Shown here piece after piece: positions 58,636 through 64,000 of a stretch of 64,000 bases of DNA. The stretch is from IMG/VR virus record IMGVR_UViG_3300023194_000002, positions 20,210-84,209 of that record. The stretch is one strand, 5' to 3'. Under the pieces are notes generated by a model that worked only from the letters and a program-made list of their open reading frames with translations, searched no databases and had not been told where the DNA came from. Both the position numbers and the translations under genes were made by a program. How positions within the stretch are numbered: the stretch's first letter is position 1; every line of letters starts with the position of its first letter. The stretch comes from a virus (lineage: Duplodnaviria > Caudoviricetes).

Positions 58636-59042
58636 TATAGGTCGAAACCCTCATTACGGCTGGATTTGCCCGCGCTGTCTCGTCGCAAATTCGCCTGATG
58701 TGCCGCAGTGCGGATGCAGCCCATTGCTGTCGCCGGGCCCCGGTCCGGATCTCGTGCCCGCGGTGCATCCCACGCTTTCGCCTGCTCCGCGTCGTTCGGT
58801 TCCGCCTCCGCTGCCAATCAAACAATCAGGCTCTGGTGCATGAGCAAATGGGCTGTCTGCGAACGATATTCGGAACTGTGCGACGATGGTCAAATGCGGC
58901 CCTGGGTGCGCTTGCGGCACTCGTGCGGGGCAGAGCGCACGATGTCGTTGTCGCGGTGGAAGTACAGCTTGGGCCAGCAGAGCGGGATGCTGAGGTGCCT
59001 GCGATGCAGCCGTCAACAGCAGCCCCGGGAAGCGACGTCAGA

Positions 59043-59609
59043 ATGACGCAGCCGAGCAGCGTATCGCTCGACCAGTGGGCGTTCACCTCTCGCTGGGAGG
59101 GCGTCGTCCCTCATATGTACCTCGACATCGCGGGCGTCGTGACGTGTGGCGTGGGCTTCGCGCTGCGCGATGAGACTGCGGTGGCGCTGCTGCCGTGGAC
59201 ACCGGACGTGCTCACCGCGATCGATGATTTTCGCATCCTGAGCGTGAAGCCCTCCGGGCTGCCGGCGGCGTTGTACAAGCGGCACTGCCGCGCGGAGTTG
59301 AGCGGTGCGGCTATCCGCGAGATCTTCGAGTTGAAGATCGCGGACGTGCGCCGGCGACTGGAAGCGCATTGGCAGCTGTCCATGCAGCCCGTGCCGGTGC
59401 AGCTCGCGCTGGTGGATATGGCCTACAACCTTGGTGTTGCGGGCCTCACGAAGTTCGAGCGCCTGCATGACGCTGTGCAGTCGCGTGATTGGATCACTGC
59501 GGCCAACGAATGCAGCCGACGCGGCATTCAGGCGCCGCGTAACGAGGCCACGGTCGAGTTGTTTCTTGTGGCTTCCACGGAGGAATCATGGGCAACGCAG
59601 AAAAGATAG
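59043..59609 (+). CDS. Lysozyme-type endolysin (GH24-like)
   Basis: WEGVVPHMYLDIAGVVTCGVG, ALVDMAYNLG, RN-x-AT...LF. Confidence 0.8.
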   Translation: MTQPSSVSLDQWAFTSRWEGVVPHMYLDIAGVVTCGVGFALRDETAVALLPWTPDVLTAIDDFRILSVKPSGLPAALYKRHCRAELSGAAIREIFELKIADVRRRLEAHWQLSMQPVPVQLALVDMAYNLGVAGLTKFERLHDAVQSRDWITAANECSRRGIQAPRNEATVELFLVASTEESWATQKR

Positions 59610-60106
59610 AGGCAGAGATCGTTCGTTTCGACGAGCGGATCGACTCAGAGGTCGACGCGCTCAAGCAGGCTGTTGCCGCGGGTCTCGAACACGCAGCCGA
59701 GGAAATCGAGAATCCAGAAGCCGACGGCGCCAAGCAGTTCGCCGAGTTGCATCCTATCGATGGAACGCAGGAAGATTGGCCTGTTTACGCGGACCCGCGC
59801 GACCCCGACAACGGCAACGCGAGCCATGAATACTTGTTGGTGCATGGCACGTGCGAGGCCGGGACGGAAAACGCCCAGCAGATTCACTTCCAGCAAGGTC
59901 CGCGGGGAGAAGTCGGCATCAACGGCGTCACCAACGAGCAGCTATTGGCCGTGGTGATCGATCGGCTGGAAGGTTTCCAGACCTCACGATTTGCGTGTTT
60001 TGAGAACGCAAACGCGTTGGAGCATGCACGTAAGGCGTTGGATTATTTGAATCGACGCACCCGAGCGCGTTTGGCGCGCGGCGTAGAAGGGACGAACATT
60101 CCGTGA
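59588..60106 (+). CDS. tad1: Tad1-family anti-defence nucleotide sponge with N-terminal extension
   Basis: GNASHEY...IHFQQGP...NGVTNEQLLAVVIDRLEGFQTSRFACFENANALEHARKALDYLNRRTRARLARGVEGT aligns with recalled SBSphiJ7 Tad1 (GGAYHEY...IKFQKG...[33 protein letters not shown]...MNRR...R.LGT). Confidence 0.88.
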   Translation: MGNAEKIEAEIVRFDERIDSEVDALKQAVAAGLEHAAEEIENPEADGAKQFAELHPIDGTQEDWPVYADPRDPDNGNASHEYLLVHGTCEAGTENAQQIHFQQGPRGEVGINGVTNEQLLAVVIDRLEGFQTSRFACFENANALEHARKALDYLNRRTRARLARGVEGTNIP

Positions 60107-60345
60107 ACTGGGGCAGGCTTATTTCACTTATCCTGACAGTCGGCTCGATCATCATCGAAGCCGTCAGCAGGGCGAAGGCGCAGCCGAAAGAGGAGATCGT
60201 TCCTGCAGATCTCAATCATATGCGCTGTGACGACAGCGTCGCCGATCTGTCAGTCAGCCCTGAATATAACGACCCGCAGCATGGCGGGCCGGATGACGAC
60301 ACTCGGCCTGCAATCAGGCTGAATACTGCGAGCGAAAAGAAATGA
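60103..60345 (+). CDS. Small membrane-anchored protein
   Basis: N-terminal TM LISLILTVGSIIIEAV; GTGA overlap. Confidence 0.5.
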   Translation: MNWGRLISLILTVGSIIIEAVSRAKAQPKEEIVPADLNHMRCDDSVADLSVSPEYNDPQHGGPDDDTRPAIRLNTASEKK

Positions 60346-61106
60346 CCATCAAACCCGCAGAGCACCCCAGCGCGTACTGGTGGTTCAGCCGCCCGAACTT
60401 CGGTGATGCGCTTGCGCCCTATCTCATCCACCGCTTCAGCGATCGCATGCAAGTCGTACATGCACCGCTCGAGCACGCGCAGATTCTCTCGATCGGCTCG
60501 GTGTTAGATCGAGTCCCAGCTGATTGGTCTGGCGTCGTGCTGGGCAGCGGCATGCTGCGGGAAGACAGTCAGCCCGACCTCGGTCTCGCGATGGTGCTCG
60601 CGCTGCGTGGACCGTTGACGGCGAAGGCCTGCGCGCTGCCCGTGGGCGCGTCTCCGGCGCTCGGTGATCCAGGGTTGCTGGCCAATGAGCTGGTGCCGCT
60701 GCCCGATAAGGAGCACGAGCTGGGTCTCGTTCCGCACTGGTCGGACACGGAGCTGGAGCAGCGCGAGGAGTTCAAGAAATTGAACCCACTCGTGATCCGT
60801 GTGGGGCACAGCCCGCTCGACGTCGTTCGGCAGATCGGAAGCTGCCGCAAGATCGTGGCGTCATCGCTGCACGGCATCATCCTGGCTGACGCGTTTGGCA
60901 TCCCGCGGCGCATCGAACTCGGGGGCCATAAGCGCATCGCCGCTGAGGGCGGCGACTTCAAATTCCGCGACTACCACGCGGCGATCGACACGCCGTACAA
61001 GCCCGGTGAAGCGGCCGTAGTCGCTAACACCAAGGCCATCCAGGATCGACAGTCAGAACTGTTCGACGCCTACAAAGAGCTCGGATCGTTGTTCCGAGGG
61101 AAGTGA
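60342..61106 (+). CDS. Polysaccharide pyruvyl transferase family protein
   Basis: NFGDAL, IGSVL, LRGPLT, LGDPG, VPHW, SSLHGIILADAFGIP, FKFRDY. Confidence 0.9.
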   Translation: MTIKPAEHPSAYWWFSRPNFGDALAPYLIHRFSDRMQVVHAPLEHAQILSIGSVLDRVPADWSGVVLGSGMLREDSQPDLGLAMVLALRGPLTAKACALPVGASPALGDPGLLANELVPLPDKEHELGLVPHWSDTELEQREEFKKLNPLVIRVGHSPLDVVRQIGSCRKIVASSLHGIILADAFGIPRRIELGGHKRIAAEGGDFKFRDYHAAIDTPYKPGEAAVVANTKAIQDRQSELFDAYKELGSLFRGK

Positions 61107-61921
61107 TCCGACGTATGACGTGCCGCCCGCAAATCTCACTGCTGGTCCCATTCCGCGAGTCAAAGTCAGCGCCGCACCGTGCGCGCGCTTGGCAATGGCT
61201 CGCGGAATACTGGAAACACGAGCTCCCTGACGCTGAAGTGGTCGTTGGTCAGTGCACGGGTGAGGTGTTTAGCAAGACGTCCGCAGTGAACGCTGCTGCT
61301 CGTGAAGCATCGGGGCGCATCTTCGTGATCATCGATGCAGACGCTTATCTGCGTGGTGATGTGCTGCTCCAGTGCGCGCGCGAGATCGACGAGGCTGCGC
61401 GACGCGGGTTGCCGCTGTGGTTCGTGCCCTATCGCAGGCTGTACCGGCTCACGTGGCTGGTGACAGAGCGCGTGCTGACGTCACACCCGCATATCCCCCA
61501 TCGCCCGCACCATCCGCCGAGGCCAGAAGAGATCGAGCAGGTGAGCATGGTACAGTACGGGCACCACTTCGGCGCGATGTGTATGGTGATGCATCGCGAG
61601 GCCTTCGAGACGATCGGCGGCATGGATGAGCGTTTCGTGGGCTGGGGCGCTGAGGACTCCAGTTTCTTGCGCGCGTTGTCCACGCTGCATGCGCCCTACA
61701 AGAGCGTCGACGCTTCGATCTGGCACCTGTGGCACCCGGCAACCGTGCACGGCAAAGGGCGGTTATGGGACGGGCAGGGAAAGGCCTGGGCGCAGATGGA
61801 GCTCGCGCAGCGCTATGCCGCTGCGGTGGGTGATCGGTGCGCGATGCTCAAGATCGTGCATGAGGCGCAGGTGCACGCGCACTGCAAGCCGATGCACGCG
61901 CGGCATGCAGAGGAGTTTTAA
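61103..61921 (+). CDS. Glycosyltransferase (GT-A; GT2/GT7-like)
   Basis: FSKTSAVNAA, IIDAD, GGMDERFVGWGAED, WHLWH. Confidence 0.88.
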   Translation: MIRRMTCRPQISLLVPFRESKSAPHRARAWQWLAEYWKHELPDAEVVVGQCTGEVFSKTSAVNAAAREASGRIFVIIDADAYLRGDVLLQCAREIDEAARRGLPLWFVPYRRLYRLTWLVTERVLTSHPHIPHRPHHPPRPEEIEQVSMVQYGHHFGAMCMVMHREAFETIGGMDERFVGWGAEDSSFLRALSTLHAPYKSVDASIWHLWHPATVHGKGRLWDGQGKAWAQMELAQRYAAAVGDRCAMLKIVHEAQVHAHCKPMHARHAEEF

Positions 61922-61924
61922 GCT

Positions 61925-62398
61925 ATGGGGCGTCCATCGAAGCTAACACCCGAAGTTGCGCGTACTCTAATACAAGAGATCGCGAAGGGTGTGCCGATCA
62001 TCCATGCCTGCGCGGCGGCGCGAATTCACCAGAAGACGTACTACTGGTGGAAGGACCAAGCCGAAAAGGGCAAGACAAAATACGTCAAACTATTCGATCG
62101 CATCCGCCGCGCCGAGGGAAGGCTCATCCGTGAGCAGCTTGGCATGGTGATGCATGCTGCGCGCCATCGAAAGGATTTAGATTGGCGCGCATACGCCTGG
62201 TATCTAGAAAAGCGCTTCCCGCATGAATTCGGCTCCCCGGGCGGGCGCCCCGCGGCCATGCCCGCGACGATCAGCGCGGACAAAGACGGTAAGGTCACGC
62301 TTTCCGGCGTGCAGATCTACCTGCCAGAAAACGGACGGCTCCCCACAGATCCATCGGTGCCACCTATTACTCCTGACGCGGACGACAGCGAGGGCTAA
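61925..62398 (+). CDS. Terminase small subunit (putative)
   Basis: MGRPSKLTPE...TYYWW HTH; WRAYAWYLEKRFP; upstream of TerL. Confidence 0.7.
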   Translation: MGRPSKLTPEVARTLIQEIAKGVPIIHACAAARIHQKTYYWWKDQAEKGKTKYVKLFDRIRRAEGRLIREQLGMVMHAARHRKDLDWRAYAWYLEKRFPHEFGSPGGRPAAMPATISADKDGKVTLSGVQIYLPENGRLPTDPSVPPITPDADDSEG

Positions 62399-62401
62399 CG
62401 C

Positions 62402-62701
62402 ATGCTGCAGTGGACCGTGATCAAGGAGTTTTGGCACACGCGTCCGAGCGGCAAGCGCGAGCGTTTTGTGCGTATACGCTGCGGATGCGGCACTGAGCGG
62501 TCCATGTCTATATCTATATGGAACACGCGTCGGTCGCTCAAATGCAAACGCTGCAATCTCGATGCGGATAAGCGTAGAGGCTACGTCGAGTCGGATATCC
62601 CAGGATCTATAGTGGGAAACGGCGATAGTCTCGCGTCGGTGACGGCGGTGCCTACATATAAAGAAAGGCGTCCTAAGTCGTTTGGCACCACCAGGTGTTA
62701 G
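62402..62701 (+). CDS. Hypothetical protein (CxCG motif, homing-endonuclease-like remnant?)
   Basis: RIRCGCGTER...KCKRC between terS and terL. Confidence 0.4.
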   Translation: MLQWTVIKEFWHTRPSGKRERFVRIRCGCGTERSMSISIWNTRRSLKCKRCNLDADKRRGYVESDIPGSIVGNGDSLASVTAVPTYKERRPKSFGTTRC

Positions 62702-62712
62702 ACCGTTTTTAG

Positions 62713-64000
62713 ATGCCCGACCTCAGGCCACAACCCGGCTCGCAAGAGCTGTTTCTGTCATCGTCTGCGGACATCGTGTTTTACGGCGGCGAGGCCGGTA
62801 GCAGTAAGACCGCAGGGCTCATACTGGAGTCGATGCGGTGTTATAGGGTCCCGCTCGCCGGTGGCATCCTGTTCCGACGCACGTCACCGCAGCTGACAGG
62901 CCCTGGATCGCTGTGGGAGCTGGCGTGTGAGTGGTATCCGCATCTAGGCGCGAGGCTCACGAAGACGCCTGAGCGCAAAGCTGTATTTCCGAGTGGCGCG
63001 ACGGTGCAGTTCAGCCATTTACAGCGCGAGGACACAAAGTTCGCGCATCAAGGAAAGAGCTACTCGTTCATCGGCTTCGACGAGCTCACGCACTTTACCG
63101 AGACGCAGTTCTGGTACCTGTATTCCAGGTGTCGAAGTTCATCAGGTGTGAAGTCTTATGTAAGAGCCACGATGAACCCTGACCCAGACAGCTGGGTCAA
63201 GCAGATGATCATCTGGTGGCTCGACGACAAAGGCGAGTACGCGCGCCCCGAGCGCAGCGGCGTTGTGCGGTACTTCTATCGCGTCGACGATAAGCTCGAG
63301 TGGGGTGACTCCGCAGAGGAACTGAAAGAGCGCTACCCTGCGCAGGGTGTGGAGCCCACGAGCTTCACGTTCATCCTGGGCCGCCTTGCCGACAACAAGA
63401 TCCTGCTGGGCAAGGACCCTGGCTACGTCGCGCGTCTAATGTCCCTACCCCGTGTTGAGCGAGAGCGGCTGTTAGGCAGCGGTCAGGGCGGCAACTGGGC
63501 GATACGGCCTGCTGCAGGTCTGTACTTTCAGCGCAGTTGGTTCCGCATGATTGAGGAGCCGCCGTCTGACAGTCAGATACTGGTCACCGTGCGTGGTTGG
63601 GATAAGGCTGCGACCACGCCCACGGCAGATAATCCCGACCCTGACTGGACACGTGGCGTGAAGATGTGCGTGACACGTGAGGGGCGCTACGTAGTGATGC
63701 ATATGGAGTCGCTGCGAGGCAGCCCGGGGCAAGTGCTCAACGCGATAAAAGCGATGGCCGAGCAGGACGGCAGACGCTGCAAAGTGCTGCTGTGGCAGGA
63801 CCCGGCGCAGGCCGGCAAGGTAGACATGCAGCTCAGCAAGGGTGTGCTGAGCGGCTTTGCCGTCGAGTCAGAGGTCGCGCGCGAGGATAAGATCCACTAT
63901 GCGAGCCCGTTCAGCACGCAGGTCGAAGCGGGCAACGTCGACATCGTGCGCGGCGCGTGGAACGACGACTTCCTGCGCGAGCTCGAAGCGTTCCCGGATA
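62713..64000 (+). CDS. Terminase large subunit (3' end beyond the window)
   Basis: Own translation: MPDLRPQPGSQELFL...YGGEAGSSKT...FRRT...IGFDELTHF...RATMNP...RGWDKAAT; ORF open at the window end. Confidence 0.92.
   Translation, partial: MPDLRPQPGSQELFLSSSADIVFYGGEAGSSKTAGLILESMRCYRVPLAGGILFRRTSPQLTGPGSLWELACEWYPHLGARLTKTPERKAVFPSGATVQFSHLQREDTKFAHQGKSYSFIGFDELTHFTETQFWYLYSRCRSSSGVKSYVRATMNPDPDSWVKQMIIWWLDDKGEYARPERSGVVRYFYRVDDKLEWGDSAEELKERYPAQGVEPTSFTFILGRLADNKILLGKDPGYVARLMSLPRVERERLLGSGQGGNWAIRPAAGLYFQRSWFRMIEEPPSDSQILVTVRGWDKAATTPTADNPDPDWTRGVKMCVTREGRYVVMHMESLRGSPGQVLNAIKAMAEQDGRRCKVLLWQDPAQAGKVDMQLSKGVLSGFAVESEVAREDKIHYASPFSTQVEAGNVDIVRGAWNDDFLRELEAFPD

Larger units (their letters stand above)
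1..64000. mobile_element. Temperate myovirus-like bacteriophage genome (partial, non-integrated configuration)
   Basis: Baseplate J, wedge and spike genes, terminase, endolysin, tyrosine integrase with attP, CI/Cro switch, RecT/YqaJ and initiator plus loader; no host housekeeping block; phage genes flank both sides of the att core. Confidence 0.95.

Noticed and set aside
61772-61779. KOPS octamer GGGCAGGG as evidence for gamma-domain targets
   Set aside because: A single occurrence noticed by eye is expected by chance; no polarised cluster was seen and no systematic count was possible

Overview
The whole 64 kb window reads as one temperate, contractile-tailed (myovirus-like) phage genome, GC-rich by eye and apparently in its non-integrated form, because an intact attP has phage genes on both sides. 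Module order: baseplate and tail fibre genes plus glycan-active enzymes (1-12 kb); an accessory region with FtsK, several FtsK-gamma-domain proteins, Phd/Doc and ParDE toxin-antitoxin pairs and non-coding structured elements (12.6-26 kb); attP (3' half of a tRNA-Asn) overlapping the end of a tyrosine integrase (26.2-27.9 kb); a long leftward early operon with HNH nucleases, a kinase, a MazG-like protein, RecT/YqaJ and a pentapeptide protein (28-41 kb); the CI/Cro switch (42.5-43.6 kb); rightward replication and accessory genes (initiator, DnaC-like loader, resolvases, RtcB, exonuclease, methyltransferase; 43.6-57.5 kb); and GH16, endolysin, Tad1, sugar transferases and terminase (57.5-64 kb; TerL runs off the window). 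A myxobacterial or other deltaproteobacterial host is a weak inference only. Most notable: (i) a Tad1 anti-defence sponge whose N-terminal extension is 19/28 identical to a helix of the phage's own baseplate spike, suggesting virion loading; (ii) a cas-less mini CRISPR array with type I-G-like repeats and a terminator; (iii) a Csx20/Crn-like candidate ring nuclease; (iv) five FtsK-gamma-like domains spread over four proteins; (v) twin 70-bp palindromic elements bracketing a 3.3 kb cassette. All family assignments come from motif recognition by eye; no database searches were run.
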